A stretch of 64,000 nt of DNA from Armatimonadota bacterium (GTDB lineage: Bacteria > Armatimonadota > HRBIN16). Position numbers and translations under genes: made by a program. The notes beneath the pieces were generated by a model. The model was not told where the DNA came from, ran no database searches, and worked only from the letters and a program-made list of their open reading frames with translations. The first letter of the stretch is position 1, and the number at the start of each line of letters is the position of its first letter. The stretch covers positions 352,001 to 416,000 of the forward strand of contig OY781964.1 of the NCBI GenBank assembly GCA_963677485.1, in the 5' to 3' direction. Shown here piece after piece: positions 36,980-46,699 of this stretch.

Positions 36980-38437
36980 ATGAAACACCTATTCGTTGCC
37001 ATATGTGCAACAGCCATATCTGCCAGCTCAATGGCACAAATTGTAAGTACACCCGACCAAACATCCGGCGTTGCCATGACTGTTTATAATGGTGGTTTTG
37101 CGGTAGTACGCGAAAACCGGACACTCGACCTCAAGATGGGAATGAACGCTCTTCGCTTTGAAGGAGTGGCTCAGAGGATTGACCCCACCAGCATCAGCAT
37201 CAAATCCATCACCGCCCCTGCTGAATTAGCGGTGCGCGAGCAAAACTACCAATATGATCTTCTAAACCCCACCAGCATCCTCAGTAAGAGCATGGGTCAG
37301 ACAATCCGCATCAAGCAAATGAACCCCAAAGGTTCCACCACGATTCTAGAAGGCAAACTGATGAACCCGCCGGTGGCGGTCGTAGCGAACACCGACGCAG
37401 GTGGTGGTGGCAACACCTACCAGGGACTGGTGCTGCAGAAATCGGACGGCACCCTGGTGTTGAACCCCGCAGGCGAAGTGATGATCGACGCACTCCCTTC
37501 TGGTCTGGTGAGCCAACCCAGCCTGTTATGGCTTCTCGATGTGGGTAAAGCGGGCAAGCACAACACTGAAGTCAGTTACATGACCGAAGGGATCACCTGG
37601 AAGGCCGATTATGTGGCTGTGGTAAACAAGGACGAAAATGCCCTGGACCTCACCGGTTGGGTCACCATTGACAACCGCAGCGGGGCCACCTACAAAGATG
37701 CCAACCTGCAGTTGATGGCTGGCGATGTCCGCCGAGTGCAGGATCAGAACGTTGCATACGCACCTCGTTCATCATCGATGCGAACTATGGCAGCACCCAG
37801 CGGCGGCTTCCAGGAGCAGAGTTTCTTCGAGTATCACCTCTACACGCTCGACGGTCAGACTACCGTCGCTCAGAATGAAACTAAGCAGATGAACCTGCTT
37901 TCGGCGAACAACGTCAAGACCAACCGACGGCTGATCTTCGATGCCACCAAGCGCAGCCAACGTCCTGGCCAGGGCGGCAGCACCGGCGAAGGAAAACTGG
38001 CCATCATGCTGGAAATCAAGAACGACAAGGCCAGCAACATGGGTATGCCCCTACCAAAGGGCAAAGTGCGCGTTTACAAAGCAGACAACAACGGTGCGCT
38101 GCAGTTCATTGGCGAAGACCTGATCGACCACACACCCAAAGATGAGATGGTGCGCTGTTACATCGGCGACGCCTTTGACGTGGTGGGCACCCGCACTCAG
38201 ACCAACATGAAGCAGATATCTGACCGTGTGCAAGAAGCCAGTTACTCGGTGAATATCCGAAACCGCAAGGATGTGGCTGTAGATGCCACCGTAGTGGAGC
38301 GGTTCTACAACGACTGGGAAATCATCGAAAAAAGCCAGGATTTCAAAAAGATCGATTCCCGAACCGCTGAGTTCCCTGTCAGCATCCCCGCCGGTAAAGA
38401 GGTGACCGTCACCTACACCGTGCGTACGAACTGGTAG
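36980..38437 (+). CDS. DUF4139 domain-containing secreted protein
   Basis: Signal peptide; 'MTVYNGGFAVVRE', 'EQNYQYDL', 'WKADY', 'EYHLYTL', 'GMPLPKGKVRVY'. Confidence 0.88.
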   Translation: MKHLFVAICATAISASSMAQIVSTPDQTSGVAMTVYNGGFAVVRENRTLDLKMGMNALRFEGVAQRIDPTSISIKSITAPAELAVREQNYQYDLLNPTSILSKSMGQTIRIKQMNPKGSTTILEGKLMNPPVAVVANTDAGGGGNTYQGLVLQKSDGTLVLNPAGEVMIDALPSGLVSQPSLLWLLDVGKAGKHNTEVSYMTEGITWKADYVAVVNKDENALDLTGWVTIDNRSGATYKDANLQLMAGDVRRVQDQNVAYAPRSSSMRTMAAPSGGFQEQSFFEYHLYTLDGQTTVAQNETKQMNLLSANNVKTNRRLIFDATKRSQRPGQGGSTGEGKLAIMLEIKNDKASNMGMPLPKGKVRVYKADNNGALQFIGEDLIDHTPKDEMVRCYIGDAFDVVGTRTQTNMKQISDRVQEASYSVNIRNRKDVAVDATVVERFYNDWEIIEKSQDFKKIDSRTAEFPVSIPAGKEVTVTYTVRTNW

Positions 38438-38479
38438 CCAGAATATCACAGCGGCTTAAAACAAGGAGAATATACAACA

Positions 38480-39940
38480 ATGAATAAACCACTGATCGCA
38501 TTAGCGACCTTCGCCATCTCGGTTTCCGCAATGGCACAGATAGTCAGCACACCAGAACAAACTAAAGGTGTGGCAATGACAGTCTATAATGGCGGTTTTG
38601 CCGTCGTGCGCGAAAACCGCGTGCTTGATCTCAAGAAAGGTGTCAACAGCCTGCGTTATGAAGGCGTAGCGGAACGCATCGACCCTACCAGCATCAGTAT
38701 CAAGTCGGTGACAGCCCCTACCGGACTCACCGTGCGCGAGCAGAACTATCAATATGATCTGCTTAACCCCACCAGCATCCTAAATAAGAGCGTGGGCCAA
38801 AATATCCGAATCAAGCAGATGGGTCCTACCGGTGCCATCACTATGCTGGAGGGTAAGCTGCTCAATCCGCCGGTAGCCGTCGTGGCGAATACCGACGCAG
38901 GCGGGGGTGGCAACACCTACCAGGGCTTGGTGCTGCAAACCAAAGATGGCAAGCTCGTGCTTAATCCGGTGGGTGAAGTGATGATCAACTCCCTTCCTGA
39001 CGGTTTAGTGAGCCGACCTAGTCTGATGTGGCTGTTGGATGTCAGTAAAGAGGGCAAACACAACACTGAAGTCAGCTACATGACCGAAGGTATTACCTGG
39101 AAAGCCGACTACGTGGCTGTGGTGAATAAGGACGAAAACGCACTGGACCTCACCGGCTGGGTGACCATTGACAACCGCAGCGGAGCCACCTACAAGGACG
39201 CCAACCTGCAGCTCATGGCCGGCGATGTGCGCCGTGTTCAAGAGAACCAGAACTACATGATGGACGAAATGACCATGGTGAAAACTGCAGGCGGGATGGG
39301 TGGAGGCGGCTTCCAGGAGCAGAGCTTCTTCGAATATCACCTGTATACGCTGGATGGCCAGACCACAGTGGCGCAGAACGAAACCAAGCAGATGAATCTG
39401 CTTTCGGCGAACAACGTCAAAACCAACCGACGGCTGATCTTCGATGCTACCAAGATAAACCGGCGCCCTGGTCAGGGCGGCAGCACCGGCGAAGGCAAGC
39501 TGGCTATCATGCTGGAAATCAAGAACGACAAGGCCAGCAACATGGGCATGCCCCTTCCCAAAGGCAAGGTGCGCGTCTACAAAGCCGACAACAATGGTGC
39601 TCTGCAGTTCATTGGCGAGGACCTGATCGACCACACACCCAAAGACGAGATGGTACGCTGCTATATCGGCGATGCCTTCGATGTGGTCGGCACCCGCACT
39701 CAGACCAACATGAAACAGATATCTGACCGTGTGCAAGAAACCAGCTATGAAGTGAACATCCGCAACCGCAAAGAAACAGCGGTCGATGCCACCATCGTAG
39801 AGCGGCTCTGGGGCACATGGGACGTGATCGCCAAGAGTCAGGATTTCAAAAAGATAGACGCCAGCACGATAGAGTTCCCCGTCAGCATCCCTGCTGGCAA
39901 GGAGATCACCGTCAGCTACACCGTGCGCACAAGCTGGTAG
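38480..39940 (+). CDS. DUF4139 domain-containing secreted protein (tandem paralog)
   Basis: Near-identical protein motifs to the upstream gene. Confidence 0.88.
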   Translation: MNKPLIALATFAISVSAMAQIVSTPEQTKGVAMTVYNGGFAVVRENRVLDLKKGVNSLRYEGVAERIDPTSISIKSVTAPTGLTVREQNYQYDLLNPTSILNKSVGQNIRIKQMGPTGAITMLEGKLLNPPVAVVANTDAGGGGNTYQGLVLQTKDGKLVLNPVGEVMINSLPDGLVSRPSLMWLLDVSKEGKHNTEVSYMTEGITWKADYVAVVNKDENALDLTGWVTIDNRSGATYKDANLQLMAGDVRRVQENQNYMMDEMTMVKTAGGMGGGGFQEQSFFEYHLYTLDGQTTVAQNETKQMNLLSANNVKTNRRLIFDATKINRRPGQGGSTGEGKLAIMLEIKNDKASNMGMPLPKGKVRVYKADNNGALQFIGEDLIDHTPKDEMVRCYIGDAFDVVGTRTQTNMKQISDRVQETSYEVNIRNRKETAVDATIVERLWGTWDVIAKSQDFKKIDASTIEFPVSIPAGKEITVSYTVRTSW

Positions 39941-39962
39941 AGACCGGCTACTGAGCTTCAAA

Positions 39963-39999
39963 CACCCGGGCAGGGGGTTTCCTCTGCCCGGGTGATTTT
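39963..39999. terminator. Intrinsic terminator between convergent genes
   Basis: cacccgggcagggggtttcctctgcccgggtg followed by atttt. Confidence 0.8.
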
Positions 40000-40459
40000 A
40001 TGAGGGTATTGCACGCTTCAATATCGCAGCGACGATGCCGTATTCATCACCCTCTAAAAGACCAAGCTCATTGTGTGTGATGTCAATCCCTTTGCCAAGT
40101 TTACTAGTCCATTTGCCATCGGGTAGTTGCCTTGCCATATGTGTGGGGATGTTACCATCGGCATAAATTGCCACTTTTTCATATCCTGACTCCAGGCCCG
40201 CTTCACCACATAATTCATACCCTAGAGCTCCGAACGCTTTACAGAAATTCGCTACAGTGGTAGACCTGATTGAGATAGGCCAATAACTAAAAAGGCCCAA
40301 GCCATCTGCTTTCGAAGGCCACCAGTTCAAACTCTGTTCACCTGCAGCCCATGCCACACAGTTATATAACGGACTTGCGGCACTAGTAAGCTGGCAGTTC
40401 TCGGCGTTTAGCTTAGGAAACACGGACTGCAACGTCACCCATTCAGAATCCACAGCCAA
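39998..40459 (-). CDS. Hypothetical protein, putative Cys-His papain-like fold (DUF7689-like)
   Basis: 'YNCVAWAA', 'PTHMARQ', 'WTSKLG...I.H'. Confidence 0.65.
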   Translation of the reverse strand: MAVDSEWVTLQSVFPKLNAENCQLTSAASPLYNCVAWAAGEQSLNWWPSKADGLGLFSYWPISIRSTTVANFCKAFGALGYELCGEAGLESGYEKVAIYADGNIPTHMARQLPDGKWTSKLGKGIDITHNELGLLEGDEYGIVAAILKRAIPS

Positions 40460-40825
40460 CTAATACCAGCCTCTGCTGCCAGCATAGGTCAGCCAGGTAT
40501 CGCGCATCTTTAACATGTCACCAGCGTCTTCGTCTTTTACAGGATTTTCACCAGTGATCATACTTAATGCATAAAACCAGTGGTCCACTTCAGTCTGCAG
40601 CTCTTTGAAAATCAATGGTAACGCAGCAGGGCCCATGCCAATAATCATGACATAACAGGGATGGCTCACAATCTTATCAATGGATGACATGTAGCGAGTT
40701 TCACGTTTCCATCGTTTCGTACACCGGCGAAATCTCGCAACAAGCTGCGAATTCCCCTCTCGATAACCTAATGGTAGCTGCGTTTGTGTAGGTATAACGA
40801 CCACGGGAGCATTGTCGTCTGTCAT
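40460..40825 (-). CDS. Hypothetical helical protein, partner of the DUF7689-like gene
   Basis: GGAGGA RBS before ATG 40825; 'HPCY..IIGMG..ALPLI..EL.....HWF.AL..ITGENPV'. Confidence 0.7.
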   Translation of the reverse strand: MTDDNAPVVVIPTQTQLPLGYREGNSQLVARFRRCTKRWKRETRYMSSIDKIVSHPCYVMIIGMGPAALPLIFKELQTEVDHWFYALSMITGENPVKDEDAGDMLKMRDTWLTYAGSRGWY

Positions 40826-41067
40826 CCTTGTCTCCTCCTGGTAATAACGGAGAGAACACCAAGCCAATGCAGGGCGTCTGTCTTATTATGGAATTATATC
40901 ATGAATCAAGTCAACGACGTATGAACCGTAACACACGATATTGCTGCCAAAGATGCCATCACACGTGTTTGTCACCCTACAGATGTGCTATATTCTAACA
41001 AATAGGCAAGTGTAGCTATAGGCCACACGCAGTCACTATATCCATCTTACGAACAAGGACTACTTAC

Positions 41068-42039
41068 ATGCGTAAAGACTATTCGGTCATTCTCGGCAAC
41101 CTGGGGAATACCTGCGACCGGTTCTGCTCCAGTTACAAAACCAACCCAGACACTTGGGACATGCTGAAATCAGCCGCCGCGATCCCCCATGTCACCGGCA
41201 TCGAGCTGGTGGGCACCTGGGACATCCGCCCTGATAACCTGAAGCAGATGAAATCCGCGCTTCAAGACTTGAACTTGAAGTGCGTCTCGATCATCCCCGA
41301 CCTGTTCGCAAACCCTGTGTTCTGGAAGGGGGCTTACAGCAGCAAAGAAGCCTCCGTCCGTCAGACCGCCATGGACTACAGCCGCCAGATGGCCGACATC
41401 GCGTTGGAGCTGGACTGCCAGGTGCTGAATATCTGGCCAGGGCAGGACGGCTACGACTATCTACTGACCGCGGACTACGCCCAGGAGCGCGAGTGGGAAT
41501 GCGACGCCATGCGCCAACTAGCCACGGAATATCCGCAGATTCAATGGGCACTGGAATACAAGCCCAAAGAGCCCCGCACCCACAGTTACATGGCCCGCAT
41601 GGCGGACACCCTGCTGCTGGCCCAAGAAACCGGCTGCAAGAATGTGGGCATCACCATCGATACCGGCCACGCCTTCGTGGCGGGTGAAGTGGTCGCCGAA
41701 TCGATCGTGCTGGCGCAGCGCGGCGGTAACAGACTGATGCACATGCACTTCAACGACAACTACGCATCCTGGGATGACGACATGATCGTGGGCACGGTGC
41801 ATAGCATCGCCTACATCGAAATGCTCTACTGGCTCGACCGCACCCAATATAGCGGCTGGCTCTCGATGGATCAGTATCCCTATCGTGAAGATGCCGCGGG
41901 CGCCATCGGCGAGAGCATCGCCTGGGTGGTTCGCTACCAGGAAGTGATGGAGGCAAACAAGACGGCGATCGATGAGCTGCTCAAGCTTGGCGATCCCGTG
42001 GCCACCTCCCGTTTCCTTCGGAAAGTGCTGCTGGGCTAG
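41068..42039 (+). CDS. Xylose-isomerase-like TIM-barrel sugar isomerase/epimerase
   Basis: 'WPGQDGYDY', 'LEYKPKEPR', 'DTGH', 'HFNDN...WDDD'. Confidence 0.9.
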   Translation: MRKDYSVILGNLGNTCDRFCSSYKTNPDTWDMLKSAAAIPHVTGIELVGTWDIRPDNLKQMKSALQDLNLKCVSIIPDLFANPVFWKGAYSSKEASVRQTAMDYSRQMADIALELDCQVLNIWPGQDGYDYLLTADYAQEREWECDAMRQLATEYPQIQWALEYKPKEPRTHSYMARMADTLLLAQETGCKNVGITIDTGHAFVAGEVVAESIVLAQRGGNRLMHMHFNDNYASWDDDMIVGTVHSIAYIEMLYWLDRTQYSGWLSMDQYPYREDAAGAIGESIAWVVRYQEVMEANKTAIDELLKLGDPVATSRFLRKVLLG

Positions 42040-42053
42040 AACCCGCAACCATG

Positions 42054-42097
42054 CATCTGTGCCCCACGCCAGATTGACGTGGGGCACAGATGTTTTA
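42054..42097. terminator. Intrinsic terminator
   Basis: catctgtgccccacg...cgtggggcacagatg followed by tttt. Confidence 0.8.
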
Positions 42098-42190
42098 ACC
42101 GTAGCGTAGTATTCGAAAGCAATAGTCTATAGCTGACCCTTGCCTACCCGTAGGTTGATCTACCGCAGGTAGATATCAGCTTTTTGAGAG

Positions 42191-43030
42191 TTACTTCCTC
42201 GCCACCATCACCAGATGGTCCCCCGCCTCCGTCAGGCCCGGTGAGGTACACCAGCGCAGTTCTGCTTCTACCAGCAGTTGCCACAGTACGGGATTGGCGT
42301 AGGCGCGCTCGAGTAGGGCCTGGTCTACCGTCGCTAGGAATCCACCGCTATATTCTGCCACCACCTCTGCCCCGTGCGCCTGACACAGCGCCAGCACATC
42401 GTTCCGCGTCATGAGGTGCACCAAGTGATTGTATGTGATCGGATAGCGAACGCCATCCTGCAGGCCGGTCTCCAGAATCCACCGCGCCGCCTCCAGCCCC
42501 AGCGTGTCGAATTCGTCCATTGCCCCTTCAAAATACGTATGCACCGCTCCTGGCAGGCACATCAATCCCAGCAGCAGCACGCCACCTGGGCGTAACACTC
42601 GCAACATCTCTCGAAAGGCATCCTCCTCCTTATCGAAAAGGTAATTAAACGCTCCGCCGATGCAAACCACCGCGTCAAAGCACTCATCCGCAAATACCGA
42701 GAGATCGCATATATCCGTCTCGCGCCACTCCGCAATGCGTTCAACAAGCCCCAACTCCGTCATCTTCGCGCGGTTGAAGGCCAACTGTTCCGGCGTCAGG
42801 TCGGTCACCACCAGGTAGCCTGCCAGCTCTGCCAAGTCCTTGGTAAACCGACCCGACCCCGACCCCACCTCCAGCACGGCGTCGCCGGGTTGAATGTGCC
42901 GGAGAATCACCTGCCGATGGGCCTCATACATCAACTTCCCCCGCGGTGTCGCTTCCAGCCGCGCCCATTCCGCCTCCGCCCGCACCCCATACCGCGCCTT
43001 CACCTGCGCCGGATCGTAGATACCGCTCAT
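42191..43030 (-). CDS. Class I SAM-dependent methyltransferase
   Basis: 'VLEVGSGSGRF', 'FDAVVCIG', 'RVLRPGG'; AGGAGGTG RBS. Confidence 0.9.
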   Translation of the reverse strand: MSGIYDPAQVKARYGVRAEAEWARLEATPRGKLMYEAHRQVILRHIQPGDAVLEVGSGSGRFTKDLAELAGYLVVTDLTPEQLAFNRAKMTELGLVERIAEWRETDICDLSVFADECFDAVVCIGGAFNYLFDKEEDAFREMLRVLRPGGVLLLGLMCLPGAVHTYFEGAMDEFDTLGLEAARWILETGLQDGVRYPITYNHLVHLMTRNDVLALCQAHGAEVVAEYSGGFLATVDQALLERAYANPVLWQLLVEAELRWCTSPGLTEAGDHLVMVARK

Positions 43031-43043
43031 CGCCACACCTCCT

Positions 43044-43170
43044 AAAAATTAAAAATTCCCTCCCGCGTCTCCGGGAAGGGGATCATCAAACGCCAAACCT
43101 CCGGGTACGCGTCACATCATCTAGCTAATCGGCACTAGTACTGTATGTGAGCACGCATATTCATCCCCTC
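43044..43170 (-). promoter_or_regulatory. Putative leader-peptide transcription attenuator upstream of the methyltransferase
   Basis: GAGGGG + uORF 43164-43135 (MNMRAHIQY*), then GC hairpin ~43082-43057 + T-tract, with an alternative pairing segment. Confidence 0.55.
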
Positions 43171-43290
43171 AAGTATAAAGGTATCAATCGCTAAGATCTA
43201 TATCCCGTATGCTGAAACATAGTTGCTGACCATCAGACCACCCCAGCACAGTCGCACAAAAGGCACAATAGCTCGGGGCACATTCACCGA

Positions 43291-44250
43291 TCAACGGCCC
43301 TTCCTGCGGGCTGCCGTCTCAGCCAACATCTCCTGAAGTATCTTGTAATAGACATACGGATCATCACCCGGGTATTTGTTGTACTCCACGCTGGTTCCGC
43401 TGGTGTCAGCAATCCCCCAGTTGATGCCGTCACATACATCGTCATATGAGCCAAACACCACGTAGTGGTCGGCCTTCAACGCCCAGGCGATCCGCTTGCG
43501 CCACTGATCCGCGCTGATGTGCTTCCATGGGTCACTGGGCGCCACGCCGCTGGTAGGAGCCACAAACCGCACCTTGCCATCTGCACTCTGTGAATAGTTG
43601 CGGTATCCCCAGCCGTCCGACTTACCGGGCAGGATCGGGTCATTCACCTGCGTGGTGCCCATATGGAATTTGGATAGATAGGTCTTGTGGGCGGTGGGAG
43701 CCGTGTTGTATCTGGGCCACCACATCTCAGCCGGGTTAAATATGATCAGCATAGGCCGGTCATCGCCGTTCCCATACCGCCGGTAGGTCTTGTCCTTCGC
43801 CCAGTTTTCCAGCGTGTATTTCGCCTTCTCGTTCCAAAACGCCATGTCGCCGGCGGCTCCGATGAACAGAAAGAACTGCATCTGCTTCTCTCGGCAAACC
43901 TGCTGGATGTTGTCCACCATCGGCTTATATTCATCCCAGAACTGGTTCCACTGCGAGTCGTTAGTCATGTCGATCGACACCGTGTGGATACCCGCATCTT
44001 TTATCTTCTGCATCACATCGCGAACCTGGCTGATGTCTCCGTAGTCATGCGCTGGATTCCACTGCCCGTTGACCAGGAACTTGATGCCTCGGTTGGTGGA
44101 CCTGCAGCAAATCAACACATGGCACACGGGATGACCGGAACCCACCTCAGGCTCCTCGTCCGCTGACTTGGCAGAGGCGGGAACTGCGGTCAGTATCCCG
44201 ATCAGGCAGAGGGTGGCGAAAAAGAACAGCGTGAACATGGCATTCTCCAT
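43291..44250 (-). CDS. Secreted hypothetical protein, possible TIM-barrel glycosidase
   Basis: Signal peptide; 'IKDAGIHTVSIDMTN', 'RPMLIIF'; Trp/Tyr-rich. Confidence 0.55.
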   Translation of the reverse strand: MENAMFTLFFFATLCLIGILTAVPASAKSADEEPEVGSGHPVCHVLICCRSTNRGIKFLVNGQWNPAHDYGDISQVRDVMQKIKDAGIHTVSIDMTNDSQWNQFWDEYKPMVDNIQQVCREKQMQFFLFIGAAGDMAFWNEKAKYTLENWAKDKTYRRYGNGDDRPMLIIFNPAEMWWPRYNTAPTAHKTYLSKFHMGTTQVNDPILPGKSDGWGYRNYSQSADGKVRFVAPTSGVAPSDPWKHISADQWRKRIAWALKADHYVVFGSYDDVCDGINWGIADTSGTSVEYNKYPGDDPYVYYKILQEMLAETAARRKGR

Positions 44251-44430
44251 TGGCTAATATTGCGATAGCAGCCCGCACTTTACAGCATGCTGCCCATGCC
44301 TTAAGTCTACCTGCATATATGGAGCCAGGCAAGCTGCTTGAGGCGTGTCCATCACAGAAGGAATTCCGCCATCGCAGCGCGAATCATGATTTGCATGACC
44401 CTGTATTTTACCTTGGAGAAAGAGACTCAC

Positions 44431-46416
44431 ATGACAAAACTAGATATTCATCCCCCCTATTTTGGGGCCGCATACTACCCTGAGGACTGGCCCGTAGGCC
44501 TGCAGGACGAAGATATCCGCCTGATGAAAGAGGCGGGTATGAACTTGATGCGCATCGGCGAGTTCGCCTGGAGCCGCATGGAGCCCGAGGAGGGCCGGTT
44601 CGACTTCGGCTGGCTGCACGACATCGTCGATAAGCTCGCCACGAACGGCATCGGCACCATCATGTGTACCCCCACCGCCACACCGCCCATCTGGGCAGTG
44701 CGACGATACCCTGAGGTGCTTTACGTCAACGCCGACGGCGTGCGCTTGGACCATGGCGGTCGGCGCCACTACTGCCCAAATGACCCGGTCTACCGCCGGC
44801 TATCGGAGACGATCGCAGCTGAGATGGCGAACGAGTTCGCCGATGATCCGGCGATCGTTGGATGGCAGATTGACAACGAGATATTTGCTGCTGAGGGTGT
44901 ATCTTGCGCTTGCCCTACCTGCATGCGACTGTTCCACGACTTTCTGCGCGACCGCTACGGCACCATCAAGGCGCTGAACGAGGCCTGGTGCCTGACCCTC
45001 TGGAGCCAGGAGTATCAGGCATTCGGGCAGATCCCTTCGCTGAAGAAGAACGTCTGGCAGAACCCAAGCCTCATCGCAGCATGGAGCGAGTTCGGCAACA
45101 AATCTTATGTGGAATACACCTGGGCACAGGCCGACATCCTTCATGCCTGCGATGCAAAAATGGTCAGTACCAACGTCATGTGCATCCCGGGTTTTGACCA
45201 CTACGAGGTGGCTAAGAAGCTGGATGTGGTGATGTATGACCACTATAACTTCGGACCCACGGTGCGAGATGCCGCCTTCTGGTTCGACCTGATCCGCCCG
45301 ATTAAACCCCATCAGCCATACTGGAATGTGGAGACCTGCACCAACTTCAATGGGTCCATCATTGCCTGCCCACGCCAGATCGCCGGTTATACCACCATGA
45401 ACACATGGATGAGCTACATGATGGGCGGCGAGCACAACGGTTATTGGCTGTGGCGTCAACACCGTGCTGGTCACGAGCAGATGCATGGTTACGTGGTGGA
45501 CAGCCACGGTCGGAAGCCATGGTACTGGCACGAGGTGGTGAAGGTATCCGAAGGGCTGAAGGCGAACGCGGATCTGCTCAACGGCACAAAGCTGACCAAC
45601 AGCGGGTTCGCAATCCACTACACGAACCTGGCATATAACAACTTCAAGGCTCTGCCGTTGGTTTACGGCCCCAACATGCAGGAGCGCATCGTGAAAGAGG
45701 TCTACCTGCCGCTCACAGGCGCGCAGTTCCGGCCGGATGTCATCGACAGCGAAGCAGACTTGAATCACTACAAGATGGTCTACACGCCATATATGCAGTG
45801 GCTCGATGAGGACGGTCTTACCGCACGCTTGAAGGCCTGGATTGAAGATGGTGGTACCTGGATCGCTGGCGCCATGAGCGATATCCGCGACCAGCACCTC
45901 AGCAAGTTCCCCGACAGCCCGTTCAGTGTGCTGGAGGAATGGGGTGGAGTCTACTGTGAGCAACAGATACAGGCAGAGGGTCAGCCGGTTGCCATTAAAC
46001 TGGCGGACGGCCGCACTGGAACCGGCAATGTATGGTGCAACGCCTTCTCGCTGCGCGGGGCTGAAGCTTTGGCTCACTACACCGAGTATCCCGCCGAAGG
46101 GCTGGCTGCGGTGACCGTAAAGCCGATGGGAAAAGGGCGCGTGGTCATTCTGGGTTGCATGCCCGATCCCGAGAGCCTGATCACCATCATGAAGATGCTG
46201 GGTGAGCCCATCAACGTGCAGCCTGTGACGGATGCCAGCCCCAACGTGCTGGTGGTACCGCGCTCTGGAGCCGCAGGAGAAGCGTGGGGTGTGATGGAGA
46301 TTGAGGCGAAGGCAGGGGAACTCACACTGCCGAAACCCATGACCGACATGCTGTCCGGTGTGCGCTACGAGGGCACCATCACGCTGGAACCCTACCAGGT
46401 TCTGCTGCTGGTGTAA
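44431..46416 (+). CDS. GH42 beta-galactosidase
   Basis: 'GAAYYPEDWP', 'RIGEFAWSRMEP', 'TPTATPP.W', 'WQIDNE'; trimerisation domain. Confidence 0.93.
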   Translation: MTKLDIHPPYFGAAYYPEDWPVGLQDEDIRLMKEAGMNLMRIGEFAWSRMEPEEGRFDFGWLHDIVDKLATNGIGTIMCTPTATPPIWAVRRYPEVLYVNADGVRLDHGGRRHYCPNDPVYRRLSETIAAEMANEFADDPAIVGWQIDNEIFAAEGVSCACPTCMRLFHDFLRDRYGTIKALNEAWCLTLWSQEYQAFGQIPSLKKNVWQNPSLIAAWSEFGNKSYVEYTWAQADILHACDAKMVSTNVMCIPGFDHYEVAKKLDVVMYDHYNFGPTVRDAAFWFDLIRPIKPHQPYWNVETCTNFNGSIIACPRQIAGYTTMNTWMSYMMGGEHNGYWLWRQHRAGHEQMHGYVVDSHGRKPWYWHEVVKVSEGLKANADLLNGTKLTNSGFAIHYTNLAYNNFKALPLVYGPNMQERIVKEVYLPLTGAQFRPDVIDSEADLNHYKMVYTPYMQWLDEDGLTARLKAWIEDGGTWIAGAMSDIRDQHLSKFPDSPFSVLEEWGGVYCEQQIQAEGQPVAIKLADGRTGTGNVWCNAFSLRGAEALAHYTEYPAEGLAAVTVKPMGKGRVVILGCMPDPESLITIMKMLGEPINVQPVTDASPNVLVVPRSGAAGEAWGVMEIEAKAGELTLPKPMTDMLSGVRYEGTITLEPYQVLLLV

Positions 46417-46431
46417 GTGACGTGCTTCCGT

Positions 46432-46456
46432 TGGATGCCTGTTCAACGGAAGCAGC
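46432..46456 (+). terminator. Hairpin after GH42 (possible terminator)
   Basis: tgcttccgttg...caacggaagca. Confidence 0.5.
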
Positions 46457-46699
46457 ATCACAAATGTTGTCGGATTTGATGCATGTGTTGCATTAACTGC
46501 TGCGATATCGCGATGCTAATGTCATAAATGCGAGTATAGCCATACTGTAACCATAGAAGCATAAACCAGGAATCTGCTTGTCACGAATGCGTGATTGCAA
46601 GAAAGCCACTGTGAAGGATCGATGCGAGCCCTGCTCGTGTCTTCATACTGACTTTACTTTAATGATGAGCAAGCGGGTTTCTGCGAGAGGATGTCATAG

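Noticed and set aside
39005-39961. 318-aa minus-strand ORF
   Set aside because: Antisense shadow of the DUF4139 gene
44800-46461. 553-aa minus-strand ORF
   Set aside because: Antisense shadow of the GH42 gene with no recognisable motifs
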